Origin: an uncultured Rickettsiales bacterium
GTDB taxonomy: Bacteria > Pseudomonadota > Alphaproteobacteria > Rickettsiales > SXRF01
Assembly: GCA_964620765.1 (NCBI GenBank)
Contig: CAZUKF010000001.1
Coordinates: forward strand, 1 to 47,397
DNA: 47,397 nt
Direction of reading: 5' to 3'
In this document: positions 34,928 through 43,486 of the stretch, in pieces
Layout: the number at the start of each line of letters is the position of its first letter
Position numbering within the stretch: position 1 is the first letter of the stretch
Position numbers and translations under genes: made by a program
Notes under the pieces: generated by a model
The model's input: the letters and a program-made list of their open reading frames with translations, nothing else
Databases searched by the model: none
Told to the model about the DNA's origin: nothing

Positions 34928-35580
34928 GCGGCACACTCCAGCTGGCGGGTGATTTCTTTCTTTAAAGATGCAAAATCCATGCCCGCCAGAAGCTGCCCTA
35001 TACTGGCCATATCCCCTTCATAGGGCTGCAAAAATTGCAGTTTTATCCCCCTGTCGGCAAAAGCTGCCGCTTCGTAGAGCTCCCGGCCGCCTGGGGAATT
35101 GATGTATTCCTTCGCCCCAAAATGGCGGCAGATTTCCAGTATGCGGTCCTGCCCGCGCAATTCCGGCGACAGGTTGAGCGCGGAAGAGCGCGTCACGTTG
35201 AAGGGAATCTCCAAGCCCTCGCAGCATTGTTTCAGCAACGAGACGATGTAATCCAGCGGCGTGCCCTCCAGCTTGCTTACGCTGGCCGTAAGCGCGCTCT
35301 TATCGGCAAAGCACGGAAAATTGCGCAGTGCGTTGCGCCACTCGCTGTACCTGCCGTCGGAAAAGCGCAAACCGTCGATGCGCACATCCTGCGGTGCTTT
35401 GTAAAGCGGCAGCGTCAGCCATTCGAGCTCGCCGTTCACGTGCCGGAAACGGTTGCGGTGCACCCAGCCGCGGCGCGGGAACTGCACGCAGTCATACACC
35501 ACGAACAAATCAGACGCGGCAAACAGCCGGAAATACCCTGCGTAGGGCAGGAAATACGGCTGCATGATGGTGAGGCGCAT
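34924..35580 (-). CDS. WbqC-family protein
   Basis: MRLTIMQPYFLPYAGYFRL...FPRRGWVHRNR is the characteristic WbqC N-terminus. Confidence 0.78.
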   Translation of the reverse strand: MRLTIMQPYFLPYAGYFRLFAASDLFVVYDCVQFPRRGWVHRNRFRHVNGELEWLTLPLYKAPQDVRIDGLRFSDGRYSEWRNALRNFPCFADKSALTASVSKLEGTPLDYIVSLLKQCCEGLEIPFNVTRSSALNLSPELRGQDRILEICRHFGAKEYINSPGGRELYEAAAFADRGIKLQFLQPYEGDMASIGQLLAGMDFASLKKEITRQLECAA

Positions 35581-35587
35581 ACGCGCC

Positions 35588-36595
35588 TTACGCCACCTTG
35601 TGGGGTATATTCACTTTCTCGGTAAAGGCGTTGTAGCGCTTGCCTGCATCGTTCTGGTTGGCAACAAACCAAGCAATGGTTTCCCTGATGCCTTCCTCGA
35701 TGGAGACCTCGCACTTGAAGCCGTGGCCGGAAGCGCGCTTCATGTCCATCAGGCGCTTGGCGTCACCGGCGGGCTTGTCCTTGTCCCAGACAATCGGCAG
35801 TGGGCCGTTGGGGGCGTGCTTCGCCACCATTTCCGCCACCTGTTTGATGGTCACGCCGCTGCCGGAGCCGAGGTTGATGGGCTCGTTGATGCCCTTCTCC
35901 ACCGCCAGCATCATGCCGCGGGCCACGTCGCGCGCGTGGATGAAGTCGCGGATGGGAGAGCCGTCGCCCCAGACGGTGAGCGGGTTCTCGCCATCCACCG
36001 CGCGGCGGATGAGCGAAGGGATTACCATGGCGTTTTCGGGATCGAAATTATCAAACGGACCGTAGACGTTGGCCGGGCGAACGATGGAGATCTTGTCCCA
36101 GCCGTGCTCGATCTTGTAAGCCTCGGCCTGCAGCTCGCCCATGCGCTTGGCCCAGCCGGCGAAGCGGTCATTCGGCGAGGGGAAGGTCTTCCACACGTCG
36201 TCTTCAAAAAACACTTCCGCCGGGGAATAGACGCCCACGGAGCTGGTGAACAGGAAGCGCTCGGCACCGCTGCGGCGGGCCGCCTCCATCATATTGATGG
36301 AGAACTGGATGGTCGGCACGAAGAAGCTGGCGGGGCGCTTGGCCGTCATGGCCGGGCTGCCCTTCACACCCGCGAGCTGAAACACGATTTCCTTTTTCTC
36401 GCAGGCCTTCATACATTCGGAGAATTCACGCAAGTCTGCCTTGATGAAGGTGCAGCCGGCTGGCGCGCGGGAGGGGTCGTCCAGCGACACCACGGTCACC
36501 TTCGCGCCTTCCTTCAGCAGCATTTCCACCAGCGGGCGGCCGATGAGGCCCGTGCCGCCGGTAACAAGTACGTTCTTATTCTTGTAAAAGGACAT
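35588..36595 (-). CDS. NAD-dependent sugar epimerase/reductase (extended SDR, Fcl-like)
   Basis: Start ATG 36593-36595 after AGGAG. VLVTGGTGLIGRPL, and the catalytic Y..K region within FAGWAKRMGE. Confidence 0.78.
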   Translation of the reverse strand: MSFYKNKNVLVTGGTGLIGRPLVEMLLKEGAKVTVVSLDDPSRAPAGCTFIKADLREFSECMKACEKKEIVFQLAGVKGSPAMTAKRPASFFVPTIQFSINMMEAARRSGAERFLFTSSVGVYSPAEVFFEDDVWKTFPSPNDRFAGWAKRMGELQAEAYKIEHGWDKISIVRPANVYGPFDNFDPENAMVIPSLIRRAVDGENPLTVWGDGSPIRDFIHARDVARGMMLAVEKGINEPINLGSGSGVTIKQVAEMVAKHAPNGPLPIVWDKDKPAGDAKRLMDMKRASGHGFKCEVSIEEGIRETIAWFVANQNDAGKRYNAFTEKVNIPHKVA

Positions 36596-36684
36596 AAAGC
36601 TCCTGCATCTCATTCGTTAACGAATGGGAGGACCATAGAGACCACAGCAGCCAAAAGCAAGAAGCGGGAGAGCGGGCGCGCGTG

Positions 36685-37770
36685 TTAAGCAGCCCTTCCA
36701 GCCCGGTAACGCCGATGCCGGAAGCGAGAAAGCGGCCGATCCATCCCCAGCACCAGCGCCACCGAGAGCAAGATACAAATGCCGTAGGTTGCGAGCACCA
36801 GCGCGTGCGGGAACGCCCCGAGTTCCGACAGCACCCGGATGACCAATATATGGCTGATATAAATGGGGTAGGAAAGCTCGCCCACGAAACGTTCCCAGCG
36901 CCAGGAGCGGCTGATACGCCCAAGGAGATACGCCACGCCTAAAACCAAGAAGATAAAGGCAATAGAACGCGTGAGCGAGTGCCCTCCGAATCTGGGGTAG
37001 GCATAGCTCGCGGCGACAACGGCACCTGCCAGCAGCAAGTAACAAGGCAGCTTCCAGCACTCCACCGCGCGTGGAAGCGGCCGCCCTTCCTGCAGGCGGG
37101 CCACCAGCGCCCCTGCAATAAAAATCCACAGTTCGGCGGGAAAAAACGCCGTGCCCCAGTTAATGGGGTTCCTGTGTCCCGCCTCCCATATACCGATTTT
37201 CAGCAGTAGTGAAAGCAGCGCGAAAACAAGGAGCGTTTTGCCGGAGCGCAGCAGTAGCCACGGTGCGAGCAGGTAAAAGATTAGTTCCAGCGCAAGCGTC
37301 CATGCCTGGCCGAGAAGCGCGAGGCTAGAGCCCCATAAGTGCGAAGGCGCGGTATCATAGCCCCCGGCAACCAATGCGCCGGTGGCTGGATTCACCGTGA
37401 GAAACCGCAGCAAATCCTGGCCGAGGATAAATAAATTGCTCCAGACAAAAGCTATGATGCTAAGCGCGTTGCCCGATGTGAGCACGGTCACGGCAGGCTC
37501 CGGCCTTGCGTGGGTAGAAAGCGTATACACCACGGTGAGCAACAGGATGATGTAATACACAGGAAATAAGCGCCAAAGGCGGCTGGCGTAAAATTTCAGC
37601 GCCCAGTTCGGCTGCCCGCGGTACGCATGGATGCAATACTGGATGTAAAAACCCGAGAGCGCGTAAAACGCCTGCACCGCCGTGGGGCCATAGAGAAAGG
37701 CCGGAATACCGCTCCAGCTCGCGTGCTCGCCCGCAACAGCCAGCGCGAACCAGAGGCGCAAGAATCCCAC
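36685..37770 (-). CDS. Acyltransferase family 3 membrane protein (glycan O-acetyltransferase type)
   Basis: About 10 hydrophobic helices. N-terminal GFLRLWFALAVAGEH corresponds to the family's conserved His region. Confidence 0.72.
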   Translation of the reverse strand: MGFLRLWFALAVAGEHASWSGIPAFLYGPTAVQAFYALSGFYIQYCIHAYRGQPNWALKFYASRLWRLFPVYYIILLLTVVYTLSTHARPEPAVTVLTSGNALSIIAFVWSNLFILGQDLLRFLTVNPATGALVAGGYDTAPSHLWGSSLALLGQAWTLALELIFYLLAPWLLLRSGKTLLVFALLSLLLKIGIWEAGHRNPINWGTAFFPAELWIFIAGALVARLQEGRPLPRAVECWKLPCYLLLAGAVVAASYAYPRFGGHSLTRSIAFIFLVLGVAYLLGRISRSWRWERFVGELSYPIYISHILVIRVLSELGAFPHALVLATYGICILLSVALVLGMDRPLSRFRHRRYRAGRAA

Positions 37771-38756
37771 TAGGCGGCCTTCTTGCCTTCCTTGAGCTTC
37801 AGCGTGGCCGGGTCAATATGCTCGCGCCACCAGGCAATGGTGCTCCTGATGCCGTCCTGCAGCGCGATCTTCGGCTTCCAGCCGAGTTCCTTCTCGGCAA
37901 GGCCGCAATCCAGGCACAGGCTGGTCTTGATGGTAGGCGCCGTCAGGTCATGCTCGATCTTCAGGTTCTTGCCCGAGGCGGCGATGATCATCTTCACCAC
38001 GTCCAGCACGCTGTGCGCCTTGCCCAGCCCGCAATTATAGAGCCGGTATTTTTCCTTCTGGTTTTTCATCGCCGCGATGACAAAATCCGTCAGATCATCC
38101 ACGTGCAGCAGGTCACGCTCCTCTTCGCCGGTGCCCCAGACGGTCATCTTGTCGACCGCTTGCATCACCTTGGTGACGGTAGCGCCGAAGAAATGGCTGC
38201 GGTCGAGATCATATTTATCATGCGGGCCATACATATTGCTGTGGCGGATGGCGGTGAATTTCGTCTCTGAAATCCCGGCGAAAAATTCGCACATCTTCTC
38301 CACGTAGATCTTGGTATTGCCCACACCGAAATAGCGCGGATGCAGCGGCTTGTTGGCATCGAAATCTGTTTCTTTCAGCGGCTTTTCGGAGCTCGGGTAC
38401 ATCACCGTGCAGGAGAAAAACACCACCTGCTTCACTTTTGCTTCAAACGCCGAACGGAACAGGTAAGAGTTCATCACCGCGTTATCGGTTACATGAATGA
38501 ACGGCTTGGTGACGATGTCCTTCGCACCCGAGGTGGTCGCCGCCGCCTGGATGATGATATCCTTGCCCTTGACCAGCTTTTCCACCGCCGCGGGGTCGCG
38601 CAGGTCGCATTGGTGCCAGGTGGTGTTGGGTAGCGTGAATTCCGGGCGGTTGAAGCGCACGGCGTGCACCTCATATTGGCCGCTAAGCGCCAGCCTTTCA
38701 GCGATATTGCGTCCGATGAAGCCGGTGGCGCCGCAGACGAGTACAGACTGTTTCAT
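37770..38756 (-). CDS. NAD-dependent sugar epimerase/dehydratase (extended SDR)
   Basis: VLVCGATGFIGRNI and a Y..K region in GNTKIYVEKM. A 1-nt overlap with the downstream acyltransferase. Confidence 0.8.
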   Translation of the reverse strand: MKQSVLVCGATGFIGRNIAERLALSGQYEVHAVRFNRPEFTLPNTTWHQCDLRDPAAVEKLVKGKDIIIQAAATTSGAKDIVTKPFIHVTDNAVMNSYLFRSAFEAKVKQVVFFSCTVMYPSSEKPLKETDFDANKPLHPRYFGVGNTKIYVEKMCEFFAGISETKFTAIRHSNMYGPHDKYDLDRSHFFGATVTKVMQAVDKMTVWGTGEEERDLLHVDDLTDFVIAAMKNQKEKYRLYNCGLGKAHSVLDVVKMIIAASGKNLKIEHDLTAPTIKTSLCLDCGLAEKELGWKPKIALQDGIRSTIAWWREHIDPATLKLKEGKKAA

Positions 38757-38812
38757 ATTGTGTTTCCCTTTATTTGCGCGTAGTTCTAGCCGTATAACCT
38801 CGCCTGCGCAAC

Positions 38813-39736
38813 ATGGAAAAATCGCCGCTTATCAGCCTGATTACCGTTGTAAAGAACGGCGCGGCCACCATCGAAAAGGCGCTCGCCTCGGTCAGGACTC
38901 AGACTTTTCGTGATTTTGAATATATCGTGCTTGATGGCATCTCTACCGATGGCACGCCCGCGCTGGTGCGCAATTATTCCGATTGCGTGACGTTTTTTCG
39001 CTCAGCGCCGGATAAGGGCGCCAATGACGCCTTCAACCAGGCGCTCGGTCTCACGCGCGGCAGCATCATCGGCATCCTCTCGGCCGATGACTGGCTGGAA
39101 AACGGCGCATTTGAAACCATCGCCCGGCTTTACCGTGAAAAACCCGAGGCAGGTATTTTCTCCTTCGGGCTGCAGGAATACGAGGCGGATGCGGGGGGGA
39201 ACTTCAGCCCGAAACGCTATTTCTGTGACCCGGACACCCCGCACTTCACCCTGCAGGACGCCATGTACTGCCAGGGGCTGGGGCGCTTTTATTCCGCCAA
39301 TCTCGTGCGGCGCGCCGGGATGTTCGAGATAGACCGTTACCCCAAGCTGTGTGACCGCGAATGGTATATGCGCCTCGGGCAGATGGAGCCCATGAAGGCG
39401 CGGGACCCCAAGCCGCTTTACGCGTTCCGCTGCCACCCCGGCTCCGTCTCGGCCAGTGCCGATAACGCGGCCACCCTCACCTCGCTGGAGCAGATGCGCG
39501 ACATCGCGCTGGATTACCTCGCCCACCCGGAGCTCACGCCGGTGCAGTACACGGACCTGAAGAGCTGGTATTGCTTCGTCATGGTGCGCCTGCTCGCCTA
39601 CCGCCTGCGCACCAATGACCATGTCAGCTTCCTTGCCGGTACGGCGGAGGCCATCGTGACGCAACCCATCGGTATGCTGCGGCGGCTCATCAATTACCGC
39701 ATGCCGCAGGCCTACCGCCCCATGACGCCGCCATGA
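38813..39736 (+). CDS. Family 2 glycosyltransferase
   Basis: LISLITVVKNGAATIEKALASVRTQTFRDFEYIVLDGISTDGT and SADD. Confidence 0.85.
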   Translation: MEKSPLISLITVVKNGAATIEKALASVRTQTFRDFEYIVLDGISTDGTPALVRNYSDCVTFFRSAPDKGANDAFNQALGLTRGSIIGILSADDWLENGAFETIARLYREKPEAGIFSFGLQEYEADAGGNFSPKRYFCDPDTPHFTLQDAMYCQGLGRFYSANLVRRAGMFEIDRYPKLCDREWYMRLGQMEPMKARDPKPLYAFRCHPGSVSASADNAATLTSLEQMRDIALDYLAHPELTPVQYTDLKSWYCFVMVRLLAYRLRTNDHVSFLAGTAEAIVTQPIGMLRRLINYRMPQAYRPMTPP

Positions 39737-40626
39737 TCATCGCGGTGACGGTTACCTTCAACCCGGATGACGGCTTCAAGACACGGCTGGAAAGCTACGC
39801 GGGCCAGGTGGAACATGTGTTCATCATCGACAACAGTATTGATGAAGCGCGCGCCGCTTTTGTGCAATCACTCGCGGGCGGCAACGTGGAAGTGTTTGCC
39901 AATGCCAACGTGAACGGGCTGGCGGGCGCGCAAAACACCGGCATCGCCAAGGCGCTCGCGCGCGGCGCGGAGTGGATCGCGCTGTTTGACGATGACAGCG
40001 CCGCATCAGAGGGCATGTTCGCGCACATGCTGAAAGTGTGGCAGCAACACCCGAAGAAAGACCGCACGGGCATCGTGGTGCCGGTGGTGTTTGACGGCCG
40101 CACCGGCCATGAGCACCGTTTCATCACCTGGGTGGGACCGCTCGTCTGGCGGCGGCGCATGGATGACCGCAACTTCATGGAAAACATCGTCACCGCCAAT
40201 GCCTCGGGCATGCTGATCCACACGGATCTCGTGCGCGACTGCGGCATGATGCGCGAGGATTATTTCATCGACTGGGTGGACGTGGAATATTGTTTGCGCG
40301 CGCGGGCACGCGGCTGGCGCATCCTGGCGGTGGGCAACACCTGCCTCGATCACACGCTGGGCGACAAGATGAAACACGCGCTGTTCGGCGCCACCTTCAT
40401 CGCCAGCCACCACGCCGCGTGGCGGCGCTACACCATGAGCCGCAACCGCGTAGACGTGTGGAAACATTACTGGCTGCGCTTCCCCGCTTACGTGATTTAC
40501 GACAAGCTGGTGACATTGTACGAGACGTTCAAGATCATCTGCTTTGAAAGAGAAAAACGCACCAAACTGCGCAACATGCTACGCGGTTTCAAAGATGGTT
40601 TATTGGGAAGATTTCCGTTGCCTTAA
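39733..40626 (+). CDS. Family 2 glycosyltransferase (rhamnosyltransferase-like)
   Basis: IIAVTVTFNPD, IIDNS and LFDDDS. ATGA overlap with the upstream GT2. Confidence 0.8.
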   Translation: MIIAVTVTFNPDDGFKTRLESYAGQVEHVFIIDNSIDEARAAFVQSLAGGNVEVFANANVNGLAGAQNTGIAKALARGAEWIALFDDDSAASEGMFAHMLKVWQQHPKKDRTGIVVPVVFDGRTGHEHRFITWVGPLVWRRRMDDRNFMENIVTANASGMLIHTDLVRDCGMMREDYFIDWVDVEYCLRARARGWRILAVGNTCLDHTLGDKMKHALFGATFIASHHAAWRRYTMSRNRVDVWKHYWLRFPAYVIYDKLVTLYETFKIICFEREKRTKLRNMLRGFKDGLLGRFPLP

Positions 40627-40630
40627 AACC

Positions 40631-40669
40631 CACACGGGGGAGCGTACGCTCCCCCGTGTGTTTGTTGTT
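40631..40669. terminator. Perfect 30-bp palindrome plus T-tract, bidirectional intrinsic terminator
   Basis: CACACGGGGGAGCGTACGCTCCCCCGTGTG (40631-40660) followed by TTTGTTGTT. On the other strand it is followed by GGTTTTAAGG. Lies between the GT2 stop (40626) and the convergent small ORF stop (40672). Confidence 0.65.
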
Positions 40670-40671
40670 GA

Positions 40672-40974
40672 TCAGCGGCTCGCGGCCCGTTGCCGGGCAG
40701 CGTCGACTTCGAGTTCGTTGACCCGCCGGGTCAACGTCTTGGACGGCCACTTGTCCGTCCTGCGCCAGCCGAGGAAACTCAGCACCGCACCGACGCCGGA
40801 CAGGACCACGGTCACCAACAGGGTCACCCTGATCTTGTCGTCCTCCATGCCCATGGCCTGCAGCCGGAGAGCGGGGCCACCCCCACCATCCACCCACAGC
40901 ACCAGCGAGCCGAGGCTCGTACCGAACACGATACCGCAAACCACGCAAAGCGCGAACAGGGACCACCGCAACAT
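40672..40974 (-). CDS. Hypothetical small two-TM membrane protein
   Basis: Start ATG 40972-40974, preceded by AGGAGA. 100 aa with two hydrophobic helices and a charged C-terminal tail (RRVNELEVDAARQRAASR). No family recognised. Confidence 0.45.
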   Translation of the reverse strand: MLRWSLFALCVVCGIVFGTSLGSLVLWVDGGGGPALRLQAMGMEDDKIRVTLLVTVVLSGVGAVLSFLGWRRTDKWPSKTLTRRVNELEVDAARQRAASR

Positions 40975-41148
40975 AACGGATCTCCTACAAGCTCCACCCT
41001 TGGAGCTACAGCCGAAACGGCTACTCAACGACCCCAGCCCCTCGACACGCGTCGAGGTCTGTTTATTGGGTCGTCAGTTACCTTTAGTATAGGCAAATCA
41101 ATCGCCTAAGGCGCGTTAAGCTTTGATGACACCGTTTTTGAAGGTGTT

Positions 41149-42438
41149 TTACGCCGCCGCCTTCAGTCCCTGCGTTTTCATGAATTCATCAATAGAATCA
41201 ATGACATATTTGCAGGCCGCCGCGTCCACGGAATGGTGGCAGCCCACCGCGAAGCCGCGCTTCATGATGGTATCGCAGTTGCCCAAATCCCCCGCCACGC
41301 GGTGCGGGAACATCTTCAGCGCGGGGTGGCGGGCCATGTTCCCGGCAATGATGGGCCGTGTTTCGATGCCCTTGCCGTTGAGATAAGAGGTGATGTCCTT
41401 CACCGCGAAGGGCGCGTTTTCCTTCAGAACAATGCCGAAGCCGAACCAGCTGGAATAGCCGCCCTTCTGCTCATCCTGGAAGCGGAAATACGCGCTGTGT
41501 TTCTCCAGGCCCGCGCGGTACGTGGCCTGCGCGGCGCGGCGCTTTTCCACCAGCGCCTTCAGTTTGGGCAGCTGCTTTTCGCCCATCACCGCCTGCACTT
41601 CCGTGGGGCGCAGATTGTAGCCGATATTGATGAAAATAAAGCGCGGGTCGATCTCCGGGTACTCGGCACGGTACTTGTCTTTCTCATCCGCCTCGCGGCT
41701 CCAACCGTGCGCGCGCAGCACGCGCATCAGCTCCACCAGCTCGAAATTATCAGAGAAGGTCAGCCCGCCCTCGAAGGTGGTGATGTGGTGCGAGTAATAA
41801 AGGCTCATGGTGCCCACGTCGCCGAACGTGCCGACGGACTTGCCCTTGAAATTCGCGCCCATGCTTTCGCAGGTATCTTCAATCACGCGCAGGCTGTGCT
41901 TCTTTGCCAACACCATGATGGCATCCATGTCGCACGGATTGCCGTAGACATGCACCAGCATGATGGCACGCGTCTTGGGCGTGATGGCGGCTTCCAGCTT
42001 CGCCATGTCGAAATTGTAGGTGCCAAGGTCGCAATCCACGAATACCGGCGTCAGCTGGTGCTGGATCAACGGCCACACGGTGGTGGCCCAGGAAAGCGCG
42101 GGCACGATCACCTCGTCGCCGGGGCGCATCTGGTTGGGCCATGCCGGGTTGGCGAGCGCCGCAACAGCCAACAGGTTGGCGCTGGAGCCGGAATTGCTCA
42201 TGAGCGCATATTTACTACCGAAATGCCGGGCGGAATTTTCTTCAAACCCGCGCACCCGCTTGCCCATGGTGACCATGGTAGTGAGCGACTGCTCGATCAT
42301 CGCGTTGATTTCTTCCGCCCCGAAAGTCGGCTCGTGCAGGCGCACGACGGGATTTTTGGGATCGAAACCGAAATTGAATTGTTCCTTGCAATAGGCTTCC
42401 ACGCCAGAACGTATCGCCGCGATGTGCTTGTCGGTCAT
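41149..42438 (-). CDS. colD: PLP/PMP-dependent GDP-4-keto-6-deoxy-sugar 3-dehydratase (ColD type)
   Basis: Colinear with E. coli ColD: FGSKYALMSNSGSSANLL, VIVPALSWATTVWPL, EDTCESMGA, and SLYYSHHITTFEGG with His replacing the usual PLP Lys. Also LRAHGWSRE, SSWFGFGIVL and GIETRPIIAGNM. Confidence 0.8.
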   Translation of the reverse strand: MTDKHIAAIRSGVEAYCKEQFNFGFDPKNPVVRLHEPTFGAEEINAMIEQSLTTMVTMGKRVRGFEENSARHFGSKYALMSNSGSSANLLAVAALANPAWPNQMRPGDEVIVPALSWATTVWPLIQHQLTPVFVDCDLGTYNFDMAKLEAAITPKTRAIMLVHVYGNPCDMDAIMVLAKKHSLRVIEDTCESMGANFKGKSVGTFGDVGTMSLYYSHHITTFEGGLTFSDNFELVELMRVLRAHGWSREADEKDKYRAEYPEIDPRFIFINIGYNLRPTEVQAVMGEKQLPKLKALVEKRRAAQATYRAGLEKHSAYFRFQDEQKGGYSSWFGFGIVLKENAPFAVKDITSYLNGKGIETRPIIAGNMARHPALKMFPHRVAGDLGNCDTIMKRGFAVGCHHSVDAAACKYVIDSIDEFMKTQGLKAAA

Positions 42439-42452
42439 AACTCTCCTTGTGA

Positions 42453-42950
42453 TTATTCCAAGATCACGCGCTGGCGTGAAACTGACTTGTTGCCGGATAC
42501 CTTGTCCAGCACGATAGCTTCGATGATGTAGGGCCCCTTGGGCGAACGCCGCTCCAGGCTGAACTCATACGCGGGCAGCGCCATCACGAAAACTTTTGGG
42601 TCCAGCTGCGCGCCGGTGGCCACGGCGTAGCTTTCCTGCTCCACGATCACCTGTTCCTCCGGGTCATACACCCTGTAGCTCACGCCCCCGTCGTAATTGC
42701 CGTCCTGATCCGCCGCGAGGCCGGAAATCAGCGTGCCTACATGCAGCCTGTGGCGCTGGCGCATGGTCTGCTTGTTGCGGATGATGGGGGTTTTGTCCTG
42801 CTTCGCCGCCAGCGCCTGCAGCTTGCCCGCGTTGTCGGTGACGACAACCTGCGCGCGCAAGCCCCCGCGCGAACTGGGTTTTACAACTTCCGCAGAAGCA
42901 GTGAAAGCCAGCAGGCTCAGGGCAATGGCTATCGCGATTTTCTTCATCAT
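42453..42950 (-). CDS. Hypothetical secreted protein
   Basis: Start at the ATG pair 42945-42950 (MMKKIAIAIALSLLAFTASA signal peptide). The 59-aa upstream extension of the ORF is rejected. Confidence 0.55.
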   Translation of the reverse strand: MMKKIAIAIALSLLAFTASAEVVKPSSRGGLRAQVVVTDNAGKLQALAAKQDKTPIIRNKQTMRQRHRLHVGTLISGLAADQDGNYDGGVSYRVYDPEEQVIVEQESYAVATGAQLDPKVFVMALPAYEFSLERRSPKGPYIIEAIVLDKVSGNKSVSRQRVILE

Positions 42951-43116
42951 AAGCTCTATTTCTAACGCTTCCGGCCGGCGCCAACAAGTCCTAAAACGCT
43001 TGTAAAGCAGCCTGAGCCTGCTAATTTCTCTGTACGATAGCATTTGGTCCCGGCTTAGTTTGTCGGGAATGCTGCGGCAGGGTTTTGCCCTGCGTCCGTT
43101 CCACAGGAGTTCAGTC

Positions 43117-43431
43117 ATGAACCCCATGTTGAATGTCCTTGCCCTGTCAGGTTGGGTGTTGTTCCCGATGTTGTTATGGGAAATCCCATATTCCGCCCGG
43201 TGGTTGTGGCGTAACTACGTGGTGGCGCTGTTCCTGCTCATCCCCTATTCGTGGTTGGCATGGAGCATCTTCACCATTCCGTTCGTGAACGGCGGGTTTG
43301 TCCAGCACGCGGCGTGGACTGTCCGGATTTTCGGCTGGGCTGCCATCGGCATTGGCTCGCTCATGGGGATTGTGCAACTGCTCACGCAGTGTCTCCCCAA
43401 AAGTTGGCGGGAGCGTTCGCACAACTTCTGA
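43117..43431 (+). CDS. Hypothetical small membrane protein (about 3 TM)
   Basis: ATG 43117, 7 nt after AGGAG (43105-43109). The ORF track begins at TTG 43060. Trp/Leu-rich hydrophobic segments. Confidence 0.45.
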   Translation: MNPMLNVLALSGWVLFPMLLWEIPYSARWLWRNYVVALFLLIPYSWLAWSIFTIPFVNGGFVQHAAWTVRIFGWAAIGIGSLMGIVQLLTQCLPKSWRERSHNF

Positions 43432-43456
43432 TCCAGTGCAAAAAGCAAACGAAACA

Positions 43457-43486
43457 GCCTCGCCAACCGGCGGGGCGTTTTGTTTT
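43457..43486. terminator. Bidirectional intrinsic terminator
   Basis: GCCTCGCC-aacc-GGCGGGGC (8 bp including one G-U pair) followed by GTTTTGTTTT. The opposite strand has TGTTTCGTTTGCTTTTT. Lies between convergent ORFs. Confidence 0.6.

Noticed and set aside
40631-40660. The 30-bp perfect palindrome as an IS or MITE terminal repeat or an integration site
   Set aside because: It is a single copy with no transposase or integrase nearby. It is flanked by T-tracts on both strands, between two convergent stop codons, which fits a bidirectional terminator.
41129-41151. ACACC-N9-GGTGT hairpin plus TTTT overlapping the colD stop, as a terminator
   Set aside because: The stem is only 5 bp. For the colD strand no T-tract follows, so it is too weak to annotate.
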